Source: Octopus sinensis (taxonomy: Eukaryota). Taken from it: a stretch of DNA of 64,000 bases. Both the position numbers and the translations under genes were made by a program. The notes beneath the pieces are model-generated. The model worked only from the letters and a program-made list of their open reading frames with translations, did not search any database and was not told where the DNA came from. How positions within the stretch are numbered: position 1 is the first letter of the stretch; each line of letters starts with the position of its first letter. Where the stretch lies: contig NC_043005.1 of NCBI RefSeq assembly GCF_006345805.1, positions 70,742,001-70,806,000 of the forward strand. The letters run 5' to 3'. Positions 26,868 through 38,954 of this stretch are shown here, piece after piece.

Positions 26868-27109
26868 TATGTGTGTGTGTATCTGTGTTTGTGTGCCTCT
26901 GTTTGTTCCCTCACCATTGCTTGACAATTAATGTTGGTGTGTTTACATCCCCATAACCTAGCGGTTCGGCAAAAGAAAACCAATAGAATAAGTACTAGGC
27001 TTACAAAGAATAAGTCCTGGAGTATATAAATATACACACACATATAGTAATCTATTAAATTAAAATGTATTATTTAGGTATTTTAAAAATTAGTCTGGCT
27101 CATGGTATT

Positions 27110-27325
27110 GGCAGAGAGAACAGAGAAGGTGTTGCTCTGGAAAATGGTAAGACCAATGAACTGAAACTGCAACTCTGATTCACAGTGCTTGCAATTGCAG
27201 ATAACGATCTCCACAGCACAAAAGCAATGAGCAGGAATCTTATACAGTGGCCAACAATACCAGAGATCTCCACTGTCACAGGCTCAGCAACAAACTTGTC
27301 AGAGAGCTTCTGATATTTTGGCAGG
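27110..27325 (-). mobile_element. CRE-like (restriction-like endonuclease) non-LTR retrotransposon C-terminal remnant
   Basis: KYQKLSDKFVAEPVTVEISG and, after frameshift, FQFIGLTIFQSNTFSVL (FQR.S.AI.RGNA.SVL-like). Confidence 0.6.
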
Positions 27326-27670
27326 TAATCATCATCATCAACATCATCAACATTATCATCATCATCATTGTCGTCGTCGTCGTCATCATCGTCGTCATCA
27401 TCATCATCATCATCGTCGTCGTTGTCGTCGTCCTCATCGTCCTCATCGTCATCATCATCATCATCATCATCAACATCTAACATCCATTTTCCATGCCGGC
27501 ATGGGTTGGACAGCTTGACAGGAGCTGACAAGGCCAGGGGCCCCACCAGGTTCCATAATCTATTTTGGCCTGGTTTCTACAGCTGGATGCCCTTCCTCAC
27601 ACCAACCATTCCACAGCATGTTCTTTCTATGTGACACCAGCACCCACACCATTGCTTTTTATGTGACACC
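27326..27670 (-). mobile_element. RTE 3' end with expanded (GAT/GAC)n tail
   Basis: Family match; tail explains the poly-D/poly-H ORFs. Confidence 0.75.
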
Positions 27671-28267
27671 TTTATTGAAAATTCTTTCTAATGTGTCTTT
27701 GAAAATCGATCACTTTATATTCTATATCTGTCCAGTTATCTTTGTCCAGAGCTAAACAGCTTATTATCTTTATTCCATAGTTAAAGTGCATAATTTTAAG
27801 AAGCAAACACTTTTAGCACTTTTTAATATATTTTTTATTTCATCCTAAGTTTAAAGAATTTGCAATGGCGCTAAAAACATTTATCCAAATGATTTTCGTA
27901 AACTACAATCTACAAAATCATGGGTTAAATTAGCATAAAGGAGAATGAAAAAAATATTGAATATGTAGACTTCAAGGAGAAATATGGAAAAACAACTTGC
28001 ATGTGATGATAAAGAATCACTGTCTCGAAGTGTTAATCGCATATCAAAAATGCAATAGTGTCTGATAATTCTTCAGATCTATAAACTATTATGTTTCTAG
28101 AACTACTGGGAAAGCATTGTGCAAATACTAAGACCATGCATGAATTTGCAATAAACTTCTGTAACTGACTCTTAGCACCGAAGTGACAATAAAAGTACCG
28201 TCCATTGCCGTTATGCTAACAAAATACTGGCTTATAGCTAGATTAGAATGATTCTGCTGGAACATAG

Positions 28268-28517
28268 ATGTGTGTGAGTGTGTGTATGTGTTTGTGTATG
28301 TGTGTGTGTGTGTGTGTTTGTGTGTGTCTATGTGTGTGTGCGTGTGTGTGTATGTACATAAACGCTCATTCACATATATGCACACATGTATGTGTGTTTA
28401 TATCCATATATATTATGCATATATATATATATATATATGTGATGGCATGTGTGTGAGTGAGTGTGTGTATATGTATCCGTGTGTCTGCATGCATGTGGGT
28501 GTCTGTATATATATATA

Positions 28518-28570
<53 letters not shown>

Positions 28571-28715
28571 TCTTAAATGGCCAGTTGTATATTTATATTA
28601 TTATGTGCACGTACACACACACACACATAAACATATGTATATGTGCATGTGTGTGTATATATGCATACACTTATACAGACATGTATGTATGTATGTATGT
28701 ATGTATGTATGTGTG
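28268..28715. repeat. (TG)n/(TA)n/(TATG)n compound microsatellite
   Basis: Direct inspection. Confidence 0.9.
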
Positions 28716-29319
28716 GGTGACAAAGTAATGGTGCTTGTAAAAAGTGAGATATATAGAGCAACAACTTGAAAAGGTTTGAGTGAAAGAGAAGTATATCGGA
28801 GGAAGGAAGTTGGGGCTAGACAGTGATAGATGAAAGACACACAAAGAAAAACAAGGTTACAGATACTGAGACAGATAGACAGAGAAAAATTTGCATTTGC
28901 AGTCAGATATAGTTATACAGATTTGTCTTCTGCATATCAGAATCACAATAAATTCTCTGCTAGATTTATTTTTAATCTCACAAATAGAGCCACGTTTTCC
29001 TCAATAAATCAGACTCATGTACAGACATCTAAAGATCCCATGCTGACATTTATTTCTTGAAATTATAGAAAAAAGGAAAAACTGAATTCAGATATATTTT
29101 GGTCATGAGGTTAAGCAGACCAACTTGTATATCAAGAGACAAAGATCAAAGCAAGTCTTTTATTGAGTGAAAATATCATTGCTGCTACTGCTGCTGCTGT
29201 TACTGCTAATAGTGATGATGAGGATGATAATGATGATGATGTTGATGAGGTTATTACATATCTGTATTGAGAACTATCTATGTGGTGTTCCTCATAGGAA
29301 ATATATGCTGTGTTGACAT

Positions 29320-29665
<346 letters not shown>

Positions 29666-29746
29666 GAAAGAACTACCAATAGTTTCATGCAGTAGAAATA
29701 CAATATAAAACAACATGCCATGTGTCTGAAACCAACGTTTCAGGAT

Positions 29747-29928
29747 CAGTGCATACCACTAGACCTATTTGTAAACCAGGGCAAAGATCATGGTTTTCTT
29801 ACTTTCTTTTCCTTCTTCCTCATTACACTTTTCGATTCAACTATCTTCAAGCTTTTCTTCCCATTTCTTCTCATGTTTTCACATAGACCAGCTTCCTGGT
29901 TTTCAAAAAGGTCTAATGGTATGCACTG
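29747..29928. mobile_element. MITE-like fold-back (34-bp TIRs CAGTGCATACCACTAGACC...)
   Basis: 29747-29780 vs 29895-29928, 3 mismatches; pyrimidine-rich interior. Confidence 0.65.
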
Positions 29929-30215
29929 AGCCTCAAAAGATCTTGGAAACACATAACCTATTATATAAATCTGCCAAATTGCTTTTATTGTACAGCAGGA
30001 AATTATTGGTAGCCCTTTTTTAAATTGCTTATATCAAATGATATTTATCTCTCACTGGTTAGAGTACTGTTTTTGCCAATCCTACCAATAAAGGAGCAGT
30101 AAATTGTATATATATATATATATATATATATTTGAGTAGTTGAGTGAATTATCTTATTAAGGATAATTCGAAAGATAACCAATACCTGGGTAGCAAATTG
30201 ATGTCGACATAAGTT

Positions 30216-30310
30216 CCTTGATTTTCCTGATGAGAAATCTGCATAATGTACTTCTTATTCCTTCGGAATTAGGAATATGCAGCCTTCGAAACATATGTCG
30301 AGAATAAAGG
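30216..30310 (+). ncRNA. Type I hammerhead ribozyme, canonical core
   Basis: Stem I CCTTGATTTTC/GAGAATAAAGG; CTGATGA 30227-30233; stem II GAAATCTGCATA/TATGCAGCCTTC (10 of 12 pairs); GAAA 30288-30291; stem III AC-ATAT-GT; GUC cleavage after 30299. Confidence 0.8.
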
Positions 30311-30364
30311 TTATTTGTTAACTAGTCGTTCAACTTCATTCTTTCATATACTTAGTTATATATA

Positions 30365-32284
30365 TATCATCATCATCATCATCATCATTTAGCGTCCGTT
30401 TTCCATGCTAGCATGGGTTGGACGGTTCAACTAGGGTCTGGGGAGCCCGAAGGCTGCACCAGGCCAGTCAGATCTGGCAGTGTTTCTACAGCTGGATGCC
30501 CTTCCTAACGCCAACCACTCCGAGAGTGTAGTGGGTGATTTTATGTGCCACCGACACAGATGCCAGACGAGGCTGGCGAACGGCCACGCTCGGATGGTGT
30601 TTTTATGTGCCACCGACACAGGTGCCAGACGAGGCTGGCAGACGGCCACGCTCGGATGGTGTTTTTATGTGCCACCGACACAGGTGCCAGATGAGGCTGG
30701 CGGACGGCCACGATCGGATGGTGTTTGTTACGTCCCCAAAGCACGGAGGCCAGTCTATGCGGTACTGGCTACGGCCACGTTCGGATGATTTTCTTGTGTG
30801 CCACCGCCACTGGTACCACAAAGATACAAATTCCATTGATGTTCATCTATTTTGATTTGTTTTGATTTGATTTTCACTTGCCTCAACAGGTCTTCACAAG
30901 TGTCACAAGAAGGAAGGTATGCACAGGTGGACTGACTACGTCCCAGGTAGGGGCCACGGGTTATGGCCTGACTAGTCTTGCCGGGTCTTCGGATGGTGTT
31001 TTTATGTGCCACCGACACAGGTGCCAGATGAGGCTGGCGAACGGCCACGATCGGATGGTGTTTGTTACGTGCCCACAGCATGGAGGCCAGTCGATGCGGT
31101 ACTGGCTATGGCCACGTTCGGATGGTTTTCTTGTGTGCCACCGGCACTGGTACCACAAAGATACAAATTCCATTGATGTTCATCTATTTTGATTTGATTT
31201 GATTTGATTTTCACTTGCCTCAACAGGTCTTCACAGGTCTTCACAAGTGTCATAGGAAGGAAGGTATGCACAGGGGACTGACTACGTCCCAAGTAGGGGC
31301 CACGGGTTATGATGAGGCTGGCGAACGGCCACGATCGGATGGTGTTTGTTATGTGCCCACGTCACAGAGGCCAGTCGATGCGGTACTGGCTATGGCCACG
31401 TTCGGATGGTTTTCTTGTGTGCCAACGGTACTGGTACCACAAAGATACAAATTCCATTGATGTTCATCTATTTTGATTTGGTTTGATTTGATTTGATTTG
31501 ATTTTCACTTCCCTCAACAGGTCTACACAAGTGTCACACACTTGCCTCAACAGGTCTTCACAAGTGTCATAAGTAGGTGTCACACACTTGCCTCAACAGG
31601 TCTTCACAAGTGTCATAAGTAGGAAGGTATGCACAGGTGGACTGACTACATCGCCGGGTCTTCGGATGGTGTTTTTATGTGCCACCGACACAGGTGCCAG
31701 ATGAGGCTGGCGAACGGCCACGATCAGATGGTGTTTGTTGTGCCCACAGCACGGAGGCCAGTCGATGCGGTACTGGCTACGGCCACGTTCGGATGGTTTT
31801 CTTGTGTGCCACCGGTACTGGAACCACAAAGATACAAATTCCATTGATGTTCATCTATTTTGATTTGGTTTGATTTGATTTTCACTTGCCTCAACAGGTC
31901 TTCACAAGTGTCACACACTTGCCTCAACAGGTCTCCACAAGTGTCACACACTTGCCTCTGCCTCAACAGGTCTTCACAAGTGTCACACACTTGCCTCAAC
32001 AGGTCTTCACAAGTGTCATAAGAGGGAAGGTATGCACAGGTGGACTGACTACGTCGCTGGGTCTTCGGATGGTGTCTTTATGTGCCACCGACACAGGTGC
32101 CAGATGAGGCTGGCGAACGGCCACGATCGGATGGTGTTTGTTGTGCCCACAGCACGGAGGCCAGTCGATGCTGTACTGGCTACGGCCACGTTCGGATGGT
32201 TTTCTTGTGTGCCACCGGTACTGGAACCACAAAGATACAAATTCCATTGATGTTCATCTATTTTGATTTGGTTTGATTTTGATT
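30365..32284 (-). repeat. Hierarchical tandem array derived from an RTE 3' UTR
   Basis: RTE tail at left, 62-bp units (30541, 30603, 30665), five higher-order units marked by AAGATACAAATTCCATTGATG at 30821, 31158, 31442, 31829, 32232, internal ~33-bp subrepeat. Confidence 0.9.
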
Positions 32285-32690
32285 TACTCTTTTACTTGTT
32301 TCAGTCATTTCACTGCAGCCATGCTAGAGCACCGCCTTTAGTTGAGCAAATCGGCTTCCTGGACTTATTCTGTGGAAGCCTTGTACTTATTCTATCGGTC
32401 TCTTTTGCCGAACCACTAAGTTATGGGGAGGTAAACACACCACCATCAATTGTCAAGCAATGCTGGGGGGACAAACACAGACACACAAACATATACACAC
32501 ACATACATATATATATACATATATACAACAGGCTTCTTTCAGTTTCCGTCTACCAAATCCACTCACAAGGCTTTCTTCAGTCCAAGGCTATAGTAGAAGA
32601 CATTTGACCAAGGTGCCATGCAATGGGACTGAACTCGGAACTATATGGTTGGTAAGCAAGTTATTTACAAGACAGCCACACCTACGCCTA
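32285..32690 (-). mobile_element. SINE-A
   Basis: Family match. Confidence 0.85.
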
Positions 32691-33229
32691 TATATATACA
32701 GGTGTAGGTGTGGCTGTGTCGTAAATGTGTGTGTATGTTTGCATGTATGTATACGCACAAAAAGCTGATTTACATATTTCATTGCAAAATATGAGAGAAA
32801 ATATGAGACAAAATATGAGAGAAGAAAAAAAGAGAGAGAGAGAGAGAGCAATGACAGTAGAAGACCAAAATGAGGAGGTGAAAAGAGCAAGAATAAGATG
32901 GATAGGTTTATTGGATTGGAGTTGTGAGGGATTGATTAGCAATAGCAGGAGTGGACTAAGGCATGAGTAGGTGATGGGTGACTTGGGAAGTCGCCCAGTA
33001 GAGAAAACTAATGACTGGTAGTACAGATTGAGCAAAGTTAGGTTAGGATGTACTGAATACAGAGTATTTGTTCCAGTATCTCATACACGACCTAAGAAAG
33101 AGAGTGTTACAGAGTGATGTGTGCAGTCCAGTTTAGTCTCTTATTTATAGATTTAGGGAAGGGTGAACTTCCGTTTGATAATATTTAATTTAATTGCTGT
33201 TTAGTATTCAGAACATGTCAATCCTCCTC

Positions 33230-33545
33230 CTCATCTTCCTCCTCATCCTCCTCCTCCTCCTCATCATCATCATCATCACCATCATTACCATCATCACCAA
33301 CAAAACCACCACCATCACCACCACTACCACCACCATCATCATCTAATGTCCATTTTCCATACTACCACAGGTTGGACAATTTGACAGGAGCTGACAAGCT
33401 GGGCAGCTGCCTGGCTTCCATGTCTGTTGTGGCATGGTTTCAATGGCTGGATACCCTTCCTAATACCAACCCATTTACAGAGTGTACTGGGTACTTTTAC
33501 ACAACACTAGCAGGGGTGCTTTTCATGTGGCACCAGCACCCACAA
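33230..33545 (-). mobile_element. RTE 3' end with degenerate (GAT/GAG/GGT)n tail
   Basis: Family match. Confidence 0.65.
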
Positions 33546-33624
33546 TCCCACAAGATTAAGTATGCTCAGCTGAAGAGGAATGTAGGGGGATGCCTGTATG
33601 CAAGAAAGACCATATATTTACTTA

Positions 33625-34060
33625 GCTTGATGTGTCCTCGTATTTCTTTATTGCTCACAAGGGGCTAAACACAGAGGGGACAAACAACACAGACAAAGAG
33701 ATTAAGTCAATTATATCGACCTCAGTGCGTAACTGATACTTAATTTATTGATCCCCAAAGGATGAAAGGCAAAGTCGACCTCAGTGTAATTTGAACTCAG
33801 AATGTACCGGCAGACGAAATACCTATTTCTTTACTACCCACAAGGGGCTAAACATAGAGGGGACAAGCAAACAAGGACAGACAAATGCATTAAGTCGATT
33901 ATATCGACCTCAGTGCATAACTGGTACTTATTTAATCAACCCCGAAAAGATGAAAGGCAAAGTCGACCTCAGTGGAATTTGAACTCAGAACATACCAGCA
34001 GACGAAATACCAGTAAGCATTTTGCCCAGTGTGCTAACGTTTCTGCCAGCTCACTGCCTT
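33625..34060 (-). mobile_element. Two tandem SINE-M copies
   Basis: Body repeated at 33625-33810 and 33822-34060. Confidence 0.8.
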
Positions 34061-34064
34061 GATG

Positions 34065-34205
34065 TGTCTCCTTAAGCACAGAAAACTGCCAGAGGTTTTG
34101 GTGCTCCATCATTTTCCTTGTGAGGTACAACATCTGAAGATCCTTTCTCAAAACTTTGCCCCACATCTTCCTGGGTCTACCCCTTCCACATGTGTACCCC
34201 ATATC
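34065..34205 (-). mobile_element. RTE RT C-terminal fragment
   Basis: CGRGRPRKMWGKVLRKDL...LW. Confidence 0.7.
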
Positions 34206-35523
34206 CAATATTGTAGATAAATATCATCTCACCACTTCATCATTGTTTTGAGTATTATCTTTAGGTGTGCATACCTTTATCTCTTAGCTTTAGAATACCT
34301 CCAAACCCTTTTTCATGACCTAACCCTTTTTGTTTGATTCTTGTTTTAAGGCTGTTGCCTTACAGTAATTTTTGACTTCTATTATTGAAAAGACACAGCA
34401 GCAGAAATTCAATATCTTAATTCTTGTTCCCCATCGGGATCAATAAGGCTAAATTTACATTAACAAGATATCTCTAATTAATATATGTCAAGTAAATAAC
34501 TGCATTTACTCCAGTTGGGGGATATAAATAAAATATTGACAGATTTTAATTTATCAATATATCACTTTCCATCTGTAATTCTATGTAAAGAATCATCGCT
34601 TTATTATGATCTGTAAGCTTTACTATTCTATTTAATTATAACAAGAACTGAAATTCTCAGCTGGATTATATGATAGTCTACTTGGCTATTTAATATTCAA
34701 AAGCTGCCAGTCAACGCTACTATAAGTCATTTAGCAGGATGATATTATTATCGAAAGACCAAAGTGAAAATTCTTAGCTCACAACAAACTTGTCCACAAA
34801 TGTCATCCACATCGTTTTAACTTTTACATTTCTAAGCTTTCTAGGATCAGAAGGAGATTATCAAAGCACATTTTTTGTTGGTGGATGCCCTTCCTGTCAC
34901 CAACCCTCACCTGTTGCTGAGTAAGGTATCATTTCCCCATAGACCAGAAATGTTCTCACAGAATATAGGAAATAAAGGACACTGCTTATACGACAGTGAC
35001 ATTCATTTACAACTATCCCACGATGTCAAGGCAAGGAGACACAAGCATAAACAAACTCTAACTTACATACACTCACATATACACATACACACATGCATGC
35101 ACATGCTCGCACACACGTGCACCCCACACCCACATGCACATGCATACAATGAGTATCATTCAGATTCCACCTACCTAATCCACTCACAAGACTTTAGTCA
35201 GACCAGACTACAGATACCAAACTAATTTATGTGGTCTTTAATAGTGAAAATCGAGTATAGGATAAACTAATTTGTTATTCACTCTAGTGCCTATTAGCAG
35301 CGTGCCTTAAAAACAACTTTTCCCAATGGTTTGGGCTTAACTGCTCTTTTTAGTGTGTAAGAAGTCCTGTCAAGGGTTTTCTCTCTGTGTATAAATCTTT
35401 ATACACTCTTGTATATATGTGTATGTATGTTTGTTTCTGTGTGTGTTTGTTGATAACACTGATAAAGGGGTTCTTTTCCCATTCACCAAAGTGAATGGAG
35501 CATTGGCCAGGAGGAACTGATAT

Positions 35524-37126
35524 TTCATTTCATTTCATTTCATTTCATTTCATTTGAGTTTGAGTCCATGCTCAGGCCAAGTCGAAGACTCCACCCTCAG
35601 AGTCTGGTGTGGTTGCCAGGTTGTATTCTCTGTTTAATTTTGACATGTGTAGGAGCGATTTTGAGTCAGTTTGTGCTCGTGTATATCCTGGGAGATGGGG
35701 CTCATCTCTAATGGTGCTTAAGTATCTATCCAGCTGCAATTTGAATGATTCCACACTGCATCCTGATAGATTTCTGATATGTACCAGAATGGAGTTGAAT
35801 AGTTGTGCTCCTCGAACCAACAGACTTGATTCTCGCAGAGTTTTTGCTGCCTGGCCAGCCTTTTTGTTGATTGGTGGTATCTGGCAGCGTCTTCCGTGGC
35901 GCAGTGAGTGGTAGGTTTTGATACCAAAGTTTGGCACCTTTTGCTCTATCATTTTCCAAATGTATATAATTCGGTATCGCTCAAATCTTCTTTCTATTGA
36001 GTACATCCTCAAGGTTTTGAGTCTTTGCCAATAGTCCAGGTCCCTCGTTTCTGAGAAGTATGAGGTAAAATTTCTTTGGAGCGATTCCATCTTAGATAGT
36101 TGGCTCTTTGTTGTTGGTGACCACAACTGAGAACAGTAGTCAATCCTCGGAAGTATCATACTGTTCCAGAGGGTTTTCATTGTTGAGGTATCTCTTGATT
36201 TGAAGGTGCGCAAGATCCACCCGCTGTACTTTCTTGCAGTAAGACAGACTGAGTCAAGGTGTTCTCTGAATTTTAGGTTGGTTTCCATGTGGATGCCTAA
36301 ATCTTTCACATACTGTTTTTCCATTATTTGTTGTCCTGATGGGTTTCTGTAGTTTGTTGTATTTTTCAGATCTTGATCTGTTCCGTAGCGAATTAGTTCA
36401 AACTTCTTATCATTGAACAACATGTTGTTTGTTTCCTGCCATTTATATATGGTGGTCAGGTCCTTTTGTAAGGCCTCTGTATCCACCTTGTCTTTGATTT
36501 GTCTCATGACCCTGGTGTCATCAGCAAAGGATGAGACGTTGCTGGTTGTATCTTCATCTATGTCAGAGATGAAGATGAGAAACAGGATTGGGCCGAGTAC
36601 TGTACCCTGAGGAACACTGGGTTCCATTCACAGTGACTGTTTGAGTTCTATTTGTAAGGAACTCATGTATCCATGTACCAACTTTTCCTCCTACTCCTAG
36701 CTTTCGAAGTTTGTGACCCAGGATGCCATGATCTACCTTGTCAAATGCCTTGGCAAAATCGAGGTAAATAACATGTGTTGCATCCATTCTCTAGATTTTC
36801 TAGGATTTGGTCATGGTGTGCCAGTAGTTGGGAAAGACATGATCTACCTAACCTGAATCCATGCTGGTTGCAATTCATTAGATTGTTGGATTCCAGGAAC
36901 TCAACCAGTTTTCCACGAACTATTCTTTCGAAGACCTTGATAATGTGTGATGTCAGTGAGATTGGTCGGTAGTTCTTTGGTTTTGATTTGCTGTCCCCTT
37001 TATGTATTGGAGTTATGTGTGCTTCTTTATATGTATTTGGTATTTTGCCATTCTCCATAGATTCCCTCCATATCATGTAAAGGGGTTTCAACAATTGTAC
37101 CTTGCAGTTTTTAAGTATCATGGCAT
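35524..37126 (-). mobile_element. CR1/L2-group LINE, 5'-truncated, near-intact RT region (three ORF pieces joined by two frameshifts)
   Basis: NYRPISLTSHIIKVFER, QHGFRLGRSC, YLDFAKAFDKVDH, VPQGTVLGP, FADD, YVKDLG, RIDYCSQLWSP; (AAATG)n tail; putative 6-bp TSD TGATAT at 35518 and 37127. Confidence 0.95.
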
Positions 37127-37132
37127 TGATAT

Positions 37133-37365
37133 CAGATGATATCCAACATACATTGGATGTTTCTACCCTGAACCATAACACCCACCTGTTGATGGGTCAG
37201 CAGAGGTAGTTTAGTCGCTGCTCCTCATTTCTTCCTGGCTTCCAGCTTAACTATTCTCTCTTGCTCCAAAGCTAACAAGAGGCTCTTTCAGCTGCCCCTC
37301 CTATCCTCTACACAGCCACCCTTTGCTCCTTACCTCTCATTCCAATTGTTGTAAGCATCCTCCAT
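37133..37365 (-). mobile_element. Hero/NeSL-like retrotransposon C-terminus and 3' UTR remnant
   Basis: WRMLTTIGMRGKE...GAAERASC*LWSKR (AERAS.WLW.KR motif). Confidence 0.55.
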
Positions 37366-37384
37366 GCCGATAAATATATATATC

Positions 37385-37590
37385 TTTATCTATGTGTCTG
37401 TGTCTGTGTTTGTCCCCTGTTGGTGTTTGACAACCAGTGTTGGTGTGTTTACATCCCTGTAACTTAGCAGTTCGGCAAAAGAGGTTAATATAATAAATAA
37501 GTAGAAGGGTAGATTCATTTGACTAAAATTCTTCAAAGCAATGCTCCAGCATGGTCACAGTGTAATGGCTGAAACAATTAAAAAATAAAA
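37385..37590 (+). mobile_element. SINE-A-related 3' half
   Basis: GTGTTTACATCCCTGTAACTTAGCAGTTCGGCAAAAGAG...GCTCCAGCATGG. Confidence 0.7.
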
Positions 37591-37890
37591 AAGACATTAC
37601 AAGGCAGACATGTTTGACAATTATGCAATGTAACCATAATCTTTTTGCATGATCTGTATTTAGCTTTAAAAGTTGTGTGACAAATTTATAAATTTATTTA
37701 AGATAATGTGTTAAACATTATGTAATTTTGAAAAAAAATAGTCGATGCTAATCAAATATATGATTAATAAGATGCAGCTTTAATCTTGCACTCATGCACA
37801 TACACACTCATACATTTACGAATATATGCATGTGCATTATTTTATTATTTTACGCATCAATTTATGAATCTATTAATGCAGAGACATCTA

Positions 37891-37943
<53 letters not shown>

Positions 37944-38065
37944 TTAAAAAAAAAACTATAGCACTTAAAAAAAAACTATAACATTATTCGAGATGATTTC
38001 AAATTCTGTAAGTAGGGGATATTTTAAATGTCATCAAACTTAAAACTATTTTAATCGATTTTTGT

Positions 38066-38149
38066 ACCTCTGATGAGGGAAATGCAACTATTTGTATTGG
38101 CTGGAGAATTTTCCCAGTACAAACACATTCTCTGAAACGATCGTAAGGT
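38066..38149 (+). ncRNA. Type I hammerhead ribozyme, canonical core, long stem II
   Basis: Stem I ACCT/AGGT; CTGATGA 38070-38076; stem II GGGAAATG/CATTCTCT plus inner TTTGTATTGG/CCAGTACAAA; GAAA 38134-38137; stem III AC-GATC-GT; GUA cleavage after 38145. Confidence 0.7.
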
Positions 38150-38307
38150 TTTGTAATACTGCATTTCTTTGGATTGTAATACTGGAGTGCTTGAAACCTA
38201 ATATTTCGATGAATCTTTTTATGTATTTTGTATTCCCATGACAAAGGAATTTAACCTATGAAAATCTGTCCTCCACTTTGATTTATGTTTTACATATAAA
38301 TATATGT

Positions 38308-38620
38308 GGAGGCGCAATGGCCTAGTGGTTAGGGCAGCGGACTCGCAGTCGCAGGATCGCGGTTTCGATTCCCAGACCGGGCGTTGTGAGTGTTTATTGA
38401 GCAAAAACACCTAAAAGCTCCATGAGGCTCCGGCAGGGGGTGGTGATCCCTGCTGTACTCTTTCACCGCTGTTTCTCCCACTCTTCCTTCTGTTGGCTTG
38501 CTCGCTTAGCCAGTGGGGTGGCATCATTCGAAGGCTAAAAAAAAAAACAATGCGAACGCATTGTGACCAGCGATGTGTAACAACATCTGATGGTCTGGTC
38601 GGTCACGTGGTCACATGATA
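38308..38620 (+). mobile_element. SINE-R, short-tail variant
   Basis: Head matches 9511 copy; tail CAATGCGAACGCATTGTGACC...GGTCGGTCACGTG. Confidence 0.85.
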
Positions 38621-38954
38621 TGAATATATATATATAGAGAGAGAGAGAGCAACAAGAAAATGGAGGGGATCAATAGGTGGTATTCATCAACTTTTAGACA
38701 TTATATTGTCAGTTTACTAAAAGGACAATCATAACAATTTACATACATGTATAACATATTATGCTTTAGAGATATAATATATACTACAATATAAAAATAT
38801 CAGTAATTATTAAAATATATAACATAGTGCAATAGAAATTGGGATATACACACATGCATATAAATATACATATACATATATATATATAATGAATGTACGT
38901 AATTATATTTATAAACTATAAAAATAGATATAGGTATATAACATTATTATATAT

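Larger units (their letters stand above)
25858..27020 (+). mobile_element. SINE-A split by Helitron and RTE insertions
   Basis: 5' half 25858-26038, 3' half ~26860-27020. Confidence 0.8.

Noticed and set aside
27100-27634. Poly-D, poly-H, poly-S, poly-M ORFs (also 54582-55002)
   Set aside because: Expanded (GAT)n RTE tails read in different frames.
30541-32250. Regularly repeated ~60-bp units resembling a CRISPR array
   Set aside because: No unique spacers, no cas genes, eukaryotic context; units derive from an RTE 3' UTR.
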